Below, piece by piece: positions 7,225 to 15,406 of a stretch of 20,000 nucleotides of DNA. The stretch's first letter is position 1. Every line of letters starts with the position of its first letter. The notes beneath the pieces are model-generated. The model made no database searches. It saw only the letters and a program-made list of their open reading frames with translations, and had not been told where the DNA came from. Source of the stretch: an uncultured virus (IMG/VR IMGVR_UViG_3300025018_000135) (Duplodnaviria > Heunggongvirae > Uroviricota > Caudoviricetes); IMG/VR virus record IMGVR_UViG_3300025018_000135; one strand, given 5' to 3'. Made by a program: the position numbers and the translations under genes.

Positions 7225-9089
7225 TACGCTACTCCCATAAGAGACTTTCTATACTCTACATTTTTTCCCATAAGAGACTCAAAACGAATCTTTCCGTCTT
7301 TTGTGTTAGGGGGGTTTACTTTATAGAGTTTTCTTTTTCCGGGAAGCATTGCAGAAACTTTTAAGTCTTTTGCGCCAATCTCTCCCCAACCTTTCAAGTG
7401 GTTTACTACAAGTTTTGCATTCTTAGGAGCACCAGCCTTTCTTGCCTTGGCCAAAACACTTTTTCTACTTGACCCGAAAAATACTTTATCCTTCCAGCGT
7501 GTAAGATATTCGGGAGACTTAACAGAATAAATACAACCTTTTTCAAATAGTTCAGGCGCGAATTTCCAAAATACAGTTAGCAACAAAGTAGTAATGTGTT
7601 TTCCGTCAGAGTCTGCATCTGCTAACATGATAATTTTTCCATACGGCATTTTAGCCGTAGGATTTTCAGAAGACAGATCAAGACCGATAGCAGCCAAGAT
7701 AGTTGCAATCTCTACGTTTGCTTGAATTCTATCAATTGGTGCTTCCATTACATTAAGAGGTTTTCCTTTAAGTGGAAAAACTGCTTGTGTGTCATGATTT
7801 CTAGCAAGCTTTGCGGTGCCTGCGGCTGAGTCACCCTCCACTAGATACAGTTCACAGTCTTCAGGTTTCGCCTTTCCGTTTACTGCTGCAAGCTTCGTAC
7901 TAATTTTTAATTTCGCATCTTTTACATTCTTAACAAGCTTTTTGCTTTTCAAAAACTCAGAAGTACGTTTACGAATTTCAGCGGCGCGTTTTACCCAAGC
8001 ATAACCAAAAGTACGGTTACTCATAAAAAATTCAGTAAATGCTTTGGTTAATTCGTCGAGTGCGGGTTTTGCAACTCGGGTGTCTACTAATTTTTCTTTT
8101 GTCTGAGAGTCAAACTGTGCGTCATTGATATTGTAGTTCAACAGACCTACAACACCATCAAACAAATCCTTATCTGTGTAAGAAAGCTTTGGCCCAAAAG
8201 GTTTAAGAGCAGCTTTCATTGCCTTAATCATAGCGTCTGCGTGTACACCGCCTTCAATGTTTCTGACAGTGTTAGTGAAAAAATCAATGTTAGCACCTTC
8301 TGCATCTGTGAAGGCCAAACTGATTTCAATGTTTTCACTTGTGTACGTAAAGTATTTCTTATGTTCCAGAGTACATTTTAAGTCCGCAACTTTCTTTTCA
8401 AGATAATCAGTGATGCCGTTTTTGGATACCCATTCTTTTTTCTTGTCGCCTACTTGCAAAGAAAGTTTCAGGCCACGGTTCAAGAAAGAAGTTAATTCGC
8501 ACCATTCTGCAACTTTCTTAATATCAAGTTTCGCATCGCCAAAAAACTTCTTGGAAGGAATAACACGTACAACAGTTCCCGACTTCAGTTTAAAAGGAAC
8601 CTTGCTTGTTTTCTTTACCTTGCTAATTTCTTTTCCGTTCTTAAAAAGAGTATGATGCCAGCCACCTGAATCTTTTCTATAAGTCCAAACTTCAAATTCT
8701 TCTGACAGTGCGTTAGTTGCAGTGATACCAACGCCGTGTGTGCCTGCCGCATTCTTATAAGCTTCAGAATTAATTTTACCAGAAGACTGAAGCGCAGTTA
8801 CGATATGAGTAAGCGTACTGATTTTTGCTTTAGGGTGTGTCTTAACTGGAATACCAACACCAGCGTCAATTACAAAAACTTCCTGTTTGTTTTTATCAAA
8901 GATAATGTCTACTTTTGTGTTGCGTCCTGCACGGTGTTCATCAACTGCGTTATCGAATACTTCACGGAAGATGCCAAAAATGCCGATAGCACTTGTGCTA
9001 CCGACATACATGTTAGGTTTGGCTTGGATTTTTTCAATGTCATTACTGAAATAGGTAACATCACTTTCCGTATATTTACGCTGGGCCAT
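7224..9089 (-). CDS. gyrB: Type IIA DNA topoisomerase subunit B (GyrB/ParE-like)
   Basis: GHKL motifs EVFDNAVDE, DAGVGIP and GTHGVG; TOPRIM motifs EGDSA, PLKGK and DADSDGKHI; TAATG coupling to subunit A. Confidence 0.95.
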   Translation of the reverse strand: MAQRKYTESDVTYFSNDIEKIQAKPNMYVGSTSAIGIFGIFREVFDNAVDEHRAGRNTKVDIIFDKNKQEVFVIDAGVGIPVKTHPKAKISTLTHIVTALQSSGKINSEAYKNAAGTHGVGITATNALSEEFEVWTYRKDSGGWHHTLFKNGKEISKVKKTSKVPFKLKSGTVVRVIPSKKFFGDAKLDIKKVAEWCELTSFLNRGLKLSLQVGDKKKEWVSKNGITDYLEKKVADLKCTLEHKKYFTYTSENIEISLAFTDAEGANIDFFTNTVRNIEGGVHADAMIKAMKAALKPFGPKLSYTDKDLFDGVVGLLNYNINDAQFDSQTKEKLVDTRVAKPALDELTKAFTEFFMSNRTFGYAWVKRAAEIRKRTSEFLKSKKLVKNVKDAKLKISTKLAAVNGKAKPEDCELYLVEGDSAAGTAKLARNHDTQAVFPLKGKPLNVMEAPIDRIQANVEIATILAAIGLDLSSENPTAKMPYGKIIMLADADSDGKHITTLLLTVFWKFAPELFEKGCIYSVKSPEYLTRWKDKVFFGSSRKSVLAKARKAGAPKNAKLVVNHLKGWGEIGAKDLKVSAMLPGKRKLYKVNPPNTKDGKIRFESLMGKNVEYRKSLMGVA

Positions 9090-9258
9090 TTCCTTTACTC
9101 CGGTTCATTATTCTGCGGAATTGTATTTTCAATCTTCTACTCCAATGTTGGATATTAAACAGAGTAGAATAAAAATCACCTTCTTTTCCTTTTTCCACGT
9201 CAAGAACAATTTTCTCTCCGGTTTTTGAATTCCGAAGGTTTTTCAGTTCGTATTTCAT
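9076..9258 (-). CDS. Small hypothetical protein
   Basis: Fills the gap between the SLOG gene and gyrB; ATG 9258 lies next to the upstream stop; start uncertain. Confidence 0.55.
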   Translation of the reverse strand: MKYELKNLRNSKTGEKIVLDVEKGKEGDFYSTLFNIQHWSRRLKIQFRRIMNRSKGNGPA

Positions 9259-9259
9259 T

Positions 9260-9661
9260 TTATAGTTTTCGCCTCTTCTTTGTTTTGATTTTTGTCCAAA
9301 GCTTTGGCCTTTCGACAACCGTTACGCCTGCTTTTTTAGCAAGCGTCATCATATTTTTTGTGCCTTTGTCACCCGGAAAAGCAACTATAGCATCAATTCC
9401 AAGTTTTCTCATTGAACGTAGCATAAGATAGTTACGAACGGGGCCTGCCGATTTACCTCTACCTGTCCAATTAGCAGGAAAAATAATTCTGTCTATGCCC
9501 CTGTCTCTCGCCCAAGCATCTGCTAGGTGATCTGCACCAGTGCAATATCCGTTTACTAACAAATCAATTTTCTTTTTCTTGTGAATCTTATCTAAGGCTG
9601 CGTATAGGTAGTCTCTGTCTGCGTAGTCTCTTCCACCACAAACTATAATTTTGATTCCCAT
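9260..9661 (-). CDS. YspA-like SLOG family protein (DUF2493)
   Basis: IIVCGGRDY, G.CTGADHLA..WA, FPANW...GKSAGPVRN..ML, AFPG.KGT..M motifs. Confidence 0.88.
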   Translation of the reverse strand: MGIKIIVCGGRDYADRDYLYAALDKIHKKKKIDLLVNGYCTGADHLADAWARDRGIDRIIFPANWTGRGKSAGPVRNYLMLRSMRKLGIDAIVAFPGDKGTKNMMTLAKKAGVTVVERPKLWTKIKTKKRRKL

Positions 9662-9674
9662 ACAAACCTCTAAG

Positions 9675-10091
9675 CTAATCTTCTATGTCTTTCAAAAGCG
9701 TTTCCATGTTTTCTGAAAGATGTTTTGTTAGGCTTTTGAATCCTGTAGTTTCAACTTCCTCACTAAACCCACGAAATTTACATTTAGAAGGGTATACATC
9801 AACAACTTCGCCGTTGACTAGTTGAAATTTTAAGGCCCAACCGAAAAGGTGGAGTATTCTATTTACGTACCACAGCAAGCCAACTTCTCTGAATTCTGAC
9901 CACGACCTCTTTTCTGAATCGAAAAATCTCCCTTTAACTGCTTTGTCAAAAATCTCTTCTGTCCATTCTGGAATATCAGAAGTGTCTACTAGATCAGAAT
10001 CAGAAAAATTAAACTCAGCTACCAGTGCAGTTTTAAGTTCTACTAATGCTTCTTCAGATACACCTTTCAGATCAATCATTAAAACAGTCAT
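9675..10091 (-). CDS. Hypothetical phage protein
   Basis: 138-aa ORF; block WSEFREVGLLWYVNRILHLFGWAL; ATGA overlap with the upstream gene. Confidence 0.8.
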   Translation of the reverse strand: MTVLMIDLKGVSEEALVELKTALVAEFNFSDSDLVDTSDIPEWTEEIFDKAVKGRFFDSEKRSWSEFREVGLLWYVNRILHLFGWALKFQLVNGEVVDVYPSKCKFRGFSEEVETTGFKSLTKHLSENMETLLKDIED

Positions 10092-10276
10092 GATGTTTTC
10101 CTTTTGTGTTTGTTAGTCTCAAACCATTTTTTATTTGTCTCGTTGACCAAAGGAGTGCAATTAACAGAACTTGCTTTCTTTTTTGCTTTGTCTTCAAATT
10201 TTTTATCTGTCTCTAAAATACTAGAAGCTTTTATTATGGTACTTTTCTTCCCGTCTCTGTAGATATAAGTATTCAT
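10088..10276 (-). CDS. Hypothetical protein
   Basis: 62 aa; ATGA overlaps on both sides. Confidence 0.7.
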   Translation of the reverse strand: MNTYIYRDGKKSTIIKASSILETDKKFEDKAKKKASSVNCTPLVNETNKKWFETNKHKRKTS

Positions 10277-10581
10277 GTTTTTTCTCTAGTGAAAAGCAGC
10301 TTTTTGTCTGCACCAATTGATATAAGTTCTTTTCGTGCTTCAGTGTCACCTTCAATAGCGAGTTTAGCCAGAGCTTTGCAATAAGCACAATTGTGATGTG
10401 CGTAGTGTGACCTGTTCTGCTCTTGTCTGTGTTCAAAGCACAAGTCTAAGTTATACATACGACTCCGACGCTCAATATCATCTTTTTCGTTTTGTCTTTT
10501 CCGTATGTATTCTTTAATTTCTTCAAAGTTAGTGAACAAAAGTTTTAAAGCAATCAGAAAGTTTTTCATTTTGAACTCCAA
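10273..10581 (-). CDS. Hypothetical protein
   Basis: About 100 aa; CFEH...HHNCAYC cluster; true start probably ATG 10569 (GGAG upstream). Confidence 0.75.
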   Translation of the reverse strand: MEFKMKNFLIALKLLFTNFEEIKEYIRKRQNEKDDIERRSRMYNLDLCFEHRQEQNRSHYAHHNCAYCKALAKLAIEGDTEARKELISIGADKKLLFTREKT

Positions 10582-10588
10582 TAAAATA

Positions 10589-10665
10589 TGGTGGGGGCAG
10601 AGGGACTTGAACCCGCGACCAAGCGATTATGAGTCGCCTGCTCTGACCAACTGAGCTATACCCCC
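10589..10665 (-). tRNA. ileX: tRNA with CAT anticodon, tRNA-Ile2 (lysidine)-like; CCA encoded
   Basis: 77-nt cloverleaf GGGGGTA-TA-GCTC...GAGC-A-GGCGA-CTCATAA-TCGCT-TGGTC-GCGGG-TTCAAGT-CCCTC-TGCCCCC-ACCA. The anticodon arm matches enterobacterial ileX as recalled; Ile2 versus Met identity is inferred. Confidence 0.93.
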
Positions 10666-10673
10666 GTTAAAGT

Positions 10674-10892
10674 TTAAATAAATATTTCACTTGCGCTAAC
10701 AACAGCAACGTACCAGTCTGCGCCTTGGAATTCTGGAAAGTTACTAAGGAACTTTTTCTTTTCACTTTCAAGGAGTTCTTTAGCATAGTCATCAATATCA
10801 AAGTCTTTATCTTGTGTATTAACTACAGTAACGGAATGTGTAACCGGCCATGCTGAACTAAGATGCCGAGTTACAACAATACACTTTTTCAT
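10674..10892 (-). CDS. Hypothetical protein
   Basis: 72 aa; GAGGA RBS; tight packing. Confidence 0.75.
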   Translation of the reverse strand: MKKCIVVTRHLSSAWPVTHSVTVVNTQDKDFDIDDYAKELLESEKKKFLSNFPEFQGADWYVAVVSASEIFI

Positions 10893-10894
10893 TT

Positions 10895-11146
10895 TTATTC
10901 CTCAATCAGTTTATTATCAACTTCAATTAGAACAGGTTTTGTTAAAGCTACTTTCATTCTGTCCAGTACGTCACCTAGAATTACTATGTGACTGTCGACT
11001 GCGGCTACTGGTTGTTCTGTCCAAGATATTATCTTATTATTTTTGTCATAAAATACTTCATGAATAGAGTACTCAATTTCGTCGTTTCCTTCAGAGTCTT
11101 TAAATGTCCTTTTAATAACCCGATAATTCCATGTTGTTCCGTACAT
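10895..11146 (-). CDS. Hypothetical phage protein
   Basis: 83 aa; WNYRVI...IHEVFYD...SWTE pattern; AAGGAG RBS. Confidence 0.8.
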   Translation of the reverse strand: MYGTTWNYRVIKRTFKDSEGNDEIEYSIHEVFYDKNNKIISWTEQPVAAVDSHIVILGDVLDRMKVALTKPVLIEVDNKLIEE

Positions 11147-11168
11147 ATCTATCTCCTTAATTTACAGA

Positions 11169-11444
11169 TTATTGAAGTGTCTCTTTATCAGAGACGCCTT
11201 TAGCCCGTCTTAGTACGTGGGCTACCATTTCTAGACCAACATCTGAGAGTAATAGAATTATTTTCTTTTTTAAGGGCTTTTCAAATGTTGGTAGTTCTTC
11301 TTTGTCTTTTAAATACTCTACAATATTAATAAGAGTACGTGCATCGTTTTCAGATAAAAGGCTCTCAAAGTCTGTATCTGAAAAGTTACACTCCTTAAAT
11401 AAGTCCTTTGCCCTGTTAATCAGAATAAAAGAATTAACCGACAT
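11169..11444 (-). CDS. Hypothetical protein
   Basis: 91 aa; AGGAG RBS. Confidence 0.75.
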   Translation of the reverse strand: MSVNSFILINRAKDLFKECNFSDTDFESLLSENDARTLINIVEYLKDKEELPTFEKPLKKKIILLLSDVGLEMVAHVLRRAKGVSDKETLQ

Positions 11445-11448
11445 TTTT

Positions 11449-12450
11449 TTAACTCCCTGTCAGATAAACCTGTCCAAAAAGAAAAGCTTCAATTTTACTT
11501 TTGTCAGTAACTCGCGCCCCTGCTGCATGGTCATGACCGCCGCCACCAAAATATTCAGCGGCTTTACGAATCGGAAAACCTTTTCTACTACGGAAAGAAA
11601 GCCGCAACTGTGTAGTCCCGTCTTCGTGTGCTATGCAATAAGTAGCAACGTAAGGGCAGTTCAAACTCTCGTTTTCGTAAATTTCTTGTGCAGTTTCTCC
11701 ACAGTGATCGAGAGCCACGTTTACCAAAGCAATATTTTCTTCTACGTCTGAAAATACTTCATGCAAGAATTTCTTAGCAGGAATAATCAAAGCCACCTTT
11801 GCATAGTTCTTACAACGTGACCTACGTTCAAGGATGGAATTGATATAAGGCTCAAGCTTTAGTTCATTAACCAAAAGGATATACGCATTATTTACTGCTA
11901 CGCCTATAAGTTTTCCAGAAGAAACAGCAATAAGGTTCGCAGACAAAGCATCGCTACGCAGTTTTTCTTCTTCTGTTACAACAGGCGGCTGTAGCCAAGT
12001 GTCTCGAATATTAATAAGCTCAATGTTTTCTTTGAGAAAAGTGTAAGGCGATTTAAAAACAGTGTCATAATAAAAAGAAAGTCTTTCTTCAAAGAAGTCG
12101 AACGCAAGGGTAGCACCGCATTTTTCAGTATCGAAAATAAAGGAAACTACTTTTTCTTTAGCTGCGTCAGAATAAGAATCAAAGTGCTCCTTTCCTGTTT
12201 TGTGGTGATCCAAAATAATAACGTCACAGTTTGACTCAAGTATAACACATTCCGGCGGTGTATAATCCGCAAAGTAAACAAGACTGAAAACATTTTCTTT
12301 TAAGGTCTGTGTCATTCTATCAATTGAAGCGGCGTCGTAGTTAGCAGGAAAAAACTCCAAAGCTCGTTCGGAGTGAGACGCACGAAAAACAGCAGCAGCA
12401 GCGAGGCCATCGTTACAGGGGTAATGAAAGAAAACGGCAATCTTGCTCAT
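11449..12450 (-). CDS. DHH/DHHA1 family phosphoesterase
   Basis: HYPCNDG, FADY, ILDHHKT, SFRS and GGGGHDHAAG motifs; start ATG 12450 with AAGGA RBS. Confidence 0.9.
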   Translation of the reverse strand: MSKIAVFFHYPCNDGLAAAAVFRASHSERALEFFPANYDAASIDRMTQTLKENVFSLVYFADYTPPECVILESNCDVIILDHHKTGKEHFDSYSDAAKEKVVSFIFDTEKCGATLAFDFFEERLSFYYDTVFKSPYTFLKENIELINIRDTWLQPPVVTEEEKLRSDALSANLIAVSSGKLIGVAVNNAYILLVNELKLEPYINSILERRSRCKNYAKVALIIPAKKFLHEVFSDVEENIALVNVALDHCGETAQEIYENESLNCPYVATYCIAHEDGTTQLRLSFRSRKGFPIRKAAEYFGGGGHDHAAGARVTDKSKIEAFLFGQVYLTGS

Positions 12451-12467
12451 GGTAAGTATCCTTAGTG

Positions 12468-12490
12468 GTAAAGGGGAGTTGCCTCCCCTT
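12468..12490 (-). terminator. Hairpin with GNRA loop; weak terminator or mRNA stabiliser
   Basis: Minus strand AAGGGGAG-GCAA-CTCCCCTT, short T tail. Confidence 0.55.
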
Positions 12491-12491
12491 G

Positions 12492-12830
12492 TTAAAAACA
12501 AGTCCAGATAAATCGTTTATTGTTTGCGTCACTAAAAACAGGAATGTAGTCTGTTTCGTAATGCGAAACTTTTTTACAGTAGTTGTCTTCGTTTGCCCTA
12601 CGTGCTTTTTTAGTCAAAAACTTCAGATAAGAAACATTACCGTAAGAGCGAACGTTGTCACTGTAAAAACGTGCTTTCTCTTTACGTTTCTCTTTTTCAT
12701 CAATTTCTACAACAGACCAAATATAACGCGGGCGGTTCTTTTTCGTAACCTGACCAATCTTTCCGTAGTCAGACTCAAACAGGTTTGCCCGCTTGCGAGA
12801 GAAACCTTTTTTGCGGTAAGTGCGCGACAT
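12492..12830 (-). CDS. Basic hypothetical protein
   Basis: 112 aa; starts MSRTYRKK; AGGAG RBS. Confidence 0.8.
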   Translation of the reverse strand: MSRTYRKKGFSRKRANLFESDYGKIGQVTKKNRPRYIWSVVEIDEKEKRKEKARFYSDNVRSYGNVSYLKFLTKKARRANEDNYCKKVSHYETDYIPVFSDANNKRFIWTCF

Positions 12831-12904
12831 TATGTTCTCCTATTGAGGTACATAAATGTCGAGAACTAAATTCGTAATACTTTTTCAGAACAAACATAAC
12901 TACC

Positions 12905-13399
12905 TCACTTTGAAAAATAATCGGAGCACACACTGACGTAACATCCGTATTTATTATTAAGACTCAGAAGAAAATCGTCAAACCTTTCGTCTGAGGAAAA
13001 GTTCTCGTCAGGTTCTTCCATTTCCTCGTCTACTAGGAAAACTGTTACGTGAGATTCTTGTACAGAAGTACTTTTTACTCTGTATTTCTCTCCACATACT
13101 TTGTTTTTGTTAAGGTAACGTTCAAGATCAGACATGATATCTAGCATAATCGAATTAAGGTGGTCTTTAAAAATAAAAACAGAGTGTTCTGCATGAATAG
13201 AATTAGGAAGATTGAATACAGCGTACCTTGCCTGACTCTTTTTAATGTCTTGGGGCATTCTTGCAGCCAAGCAGCCTACAGCAGCGTCCGTATTTAAATC
13301 ATGTAGCAACTCCATGGCTTCCATGAATCCTGATTTCTTTTCATGACTCATTTCTGAACAAAGGTGGCTTACACTTTTAAGAAAAGTTTTCTTATCCAT
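12905..13399 (-). CDS. Hypothetical protein
   Basis: Start ATG 13399 in GGAGAAATAAAATG context. Confidence 0.8.
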   Translation of the reverse strand: MDKKTFLKSVSHLCSEMSHEKKSGFMEAMELLHDLNTDAAVGCLAARMPQDIKKSQARYAVFNLPNSIHAEHSVFIFKDHLNSIMLDIMSDLERYLNKNKVCGEKYRVKSTSVQESHVTVFLVDEEMEEPDENFSSDERFDDFLLSLNNKYGCYVSVCSDYFSK

Positions 13400-13416
13400 T
13401 TTATTTCTCCAGAGAA

Positions 13417-13737
13417 TTATTTTAACCAACCAAGTTCAATTGCTTTATCTAGAGCCTTTTGTAAATTTCTTGCATCCTCTACATTGCAGATACGAATACA
13501 AAGGTCTTCATCGTCACCGCTTACAATTCCTTCTATGCGTTCTTCTAGGGACATTGCATCGTCTCCGCCGAAAATACAAATACTATCAGGATACTTTATT
13601 AAGCAATTAGCTTTGTGATCTTCGATTCCTCGGGGTGCGTCACCAAAACGAATTAACGTAGGTTCATCGCCTACAGCTTTTCTTACATCTATTGATGAAA
13701 TGCGTAGCGCTTTGGGTAAAGCAGGTTTTTTAGCCAT
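13417..13737 (-). CDS. Hypothetical protein
   Basis: Start ATG 13737 in GGAGAAATAAAATG context. Confidence 0.8.
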   Translation of the reverse strand: MAKKPALPKALRISSIDVRKAVGDEPTLIRFGDAPRGIEDHKANCLIKYPDSICIFGGDDAMSLEERIEGIVSGDDEDLCIRICNVEDARNLQKALDKAIELGWLK

Positions 13738-13738
13738 T

Positions 13739-14314
13739 TTATTTCTCCAGTAGTTTTTTATAAACAACTTCACGGGTTTTTTGATTTAATATTTGTACTG
13801 AATGAACAGGTATTTTAAAGTGCTTTGCGTTCTCCAAAAGGCATTTATACATTGCTTTATTATGTTCGGATTTATTATCAGGAGAGTCCACACGACCTGC
13901 TAGTTGATATGGAAGCAACTTAAAACCTTTACCTAACAAAATTGATCTAGCTAAAGATAGATTCACTCCGGGGAAAAACTTTGACCGTTTACCGTTTTCA
14001 TCTTCTGCGAAATAAAGGTCTGTTGCATAGAAGTTCTTTTTTGTTTCATAACCAACAACAAATATAAACTTTTCTTTTCTGCCTACAATTGTTTTTCTAC
14101 CGTCTACAACTAAAGTCTCTGGAACTTCCTTATCTATATCATCATGTAGTTTTAATTTCACATAGAGCAATTCAATTCCGTCAGCTTTAGGAACTACATA
14201 CATTCCGTAGTTGTTGTCTGGGGCTTTTAGTTGTTGTAATTTTTCGTACTCTGGAAATAATACTACACGTTCAACAGGTTTCTTTTTCTGCTTTGTTTGT
14301 TTTCTCTGTTTCAT
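13739..14314 (-). CDS. Hypothetical protein with a ligase-like KxDG motif
   Basis: YVVPKADGIELLY, FVVGYE, FYATDLYF; start uncertain (ATG 14314). Confidence 0.7.
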   Translation of the reverse strand: MKQRKQTKQKKKPVERVVLFPEYEKLQQLKAPDNNYGMYVVPKADGIELLYVKLKLHDDIDKEVPETLVVDGRKTIVGRKEKFIFVVGYETKKNFYATDLYFAEDENGKRSKFFPGVNLSLARSILLGKGFKLLPYQLAGRVDSPDNKSEHNKAMYKCLLENAKHFKIPVHSVQILNQKTREVVYKKLLEK

Positions 14315-14858
14315 AGCCAAAAACCTTAGTGGTTGAAGGTTTGTATTTTTCCAAGTTTTTTTCCGTAGGAACTAAAAACTTTAACTTCGTTACATCATAA
14401 CCGCTAAAACAGTGATTATTGTCTACGCCATACGTAAACCGTGCGGCAACGTTTTCGTTAGCGTCGTCTGCCCTTTGAATAATTAACAATCGTTTTAGTA
14501 GGTCTGGTTCAGCCACTAGTTCTCTTTGTGTTCTTACAAAATTTGAAAAGAAAACTTTTGGGCCTTTTGGGGCAGCACGGAGTTCAGTTAGTTTCTGCTC
14601 TCTTAGGGCAGTGAACAGACAGTAAGACAAACCGAACATTAATGCTTTACCGTGCTCCCCGTATACATGCGCATGTATACACGTAAAGTCTGGTAAAAGA
14701 ATCAGGTTATCAAAGTAATTTTTTTCAGAGTTATAATGATCCTTTACGTTACTGGGTATGCTACCAAAAAACAAAGTATCAAAATCCTTTTTCAAAATGG
14801 GGCGCGCCCTATAATTTGCAATCATCCATGAAATAATTTTTTCTCTTGAAACTCGCAT
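14271..14858 (-). CDS. Hypothetical protein
   Basis: 195-aa ORF; AAGGGG RBS. Confidence 0.8.
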   Translation of the reverse strand: MRVSREKIISWMIANYRARPILKKDFDTLFFGSIPSNVKDHYNSEKNYFDNLILLPDFTCIHAHVYGEHGKALMFGLSYCLFTALREQKLTELRAAPKGPKVFFSNFVRTQRELVAEPDLLKRLLIIQRADDANENVAARFTYGVDNNHCFSGYDVTKLKFLVPTEKNLEKYKPSTTKVFGYETEKTNKAEKETC

Positions 14859-14878
14859 TTGTTAACCCCTTAGACAAG

Positions 14879-14908
14879 TAAAGCCCCTGCCTGTTAAGGT
14901 TAGGGGCT
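14879..14908 (-). terminator. Possible terminator hairpin
   Basis: AGCCCCT(14882-14888)/AGGGGCT(14902-14908) in an intergenic gap; short T tail. Confidence 0.45.
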
Positions 14909-14914
14909 AAAAAA

Positions 14915-15343
14915 TCAAAGTGCCGACATTTTATCAACAGCGTCCAAAATCTTTCTTTGCGTCGATTTTGGAAATTTACGAATCAGTTTGAGTCGTCGTG
15001 CGTAAGTGTCAATTTCCATCTTTACTTTAGCTGAATAAATCTTTGAAGCTATGTGTGTAATGTCTACTCCGACTGAAATCTGAATAGCTTGTGCAGGACA
15101 GTTAGTGTTACCGTTTTCTACAGTACAAGTCTCTACTACCGTATTCGGGAAGCCGATACACAAATGAGAACAGCTAAGACATTTTTCTTTATGGAGAAAT
15201 AATTCTGTCTTTCCACTGTTGTCTGCTTCAATTAGTTGTGATTCTACATCAGCAAGTGGATTTACTTTTTTCTGCATTTGTCTTTCAACATCGTCAAGAT
15301 CAACATCATCTAGACCGTCAATATCAACATCATCGTTTGCCAT
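14915..15343 (-). CDS. Hypothetical protein with acidic N-terminus and Cys cluster
   Basis: DDVDIDGLDDVDLDD; CLSCSHLC...C...CP; start ATG 15343 with GGAG RBS. Confidence 0.8.
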   Translation of the reverse strand: MANDDVDIDGLDDVDLDDVERQMQKKVNPLADVESQLIEADNSGKTELFLHKEKCLSCSHLCIGFPNTVVETCTVENGNTNCPAQAIQISVGVDITHIASKIYSAKVKMEIDTYARRLKLIRKFPKSTQRKILDAVDKMSAL

Positions 15344-15357
15344 TTTTTTCTCCAAGA

Positions 15358-15386
15358 TAAATTGCAGGGGCCGAAACCCCTGCAAT
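15358..15386 (-). terminator. Stable hairpin with UUCG loop downstream of the HMGA-like gene
   Basis: Minus strand ATTGCAGGGG-TTTCGG-CCCCTGCAAT followed by TTAT. Confidence 0.65.
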
Positions 15387-15406
15387 AACTCTAACTTTAT
15401 TTTTAA

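Noticed and set aside
5815..9089. Introns, inteins or a T4 gene 60-style bypass in the topoisomerase genes
   Set aside because: Both ORFs are continuous and compact, with motifs at the expected spacing.
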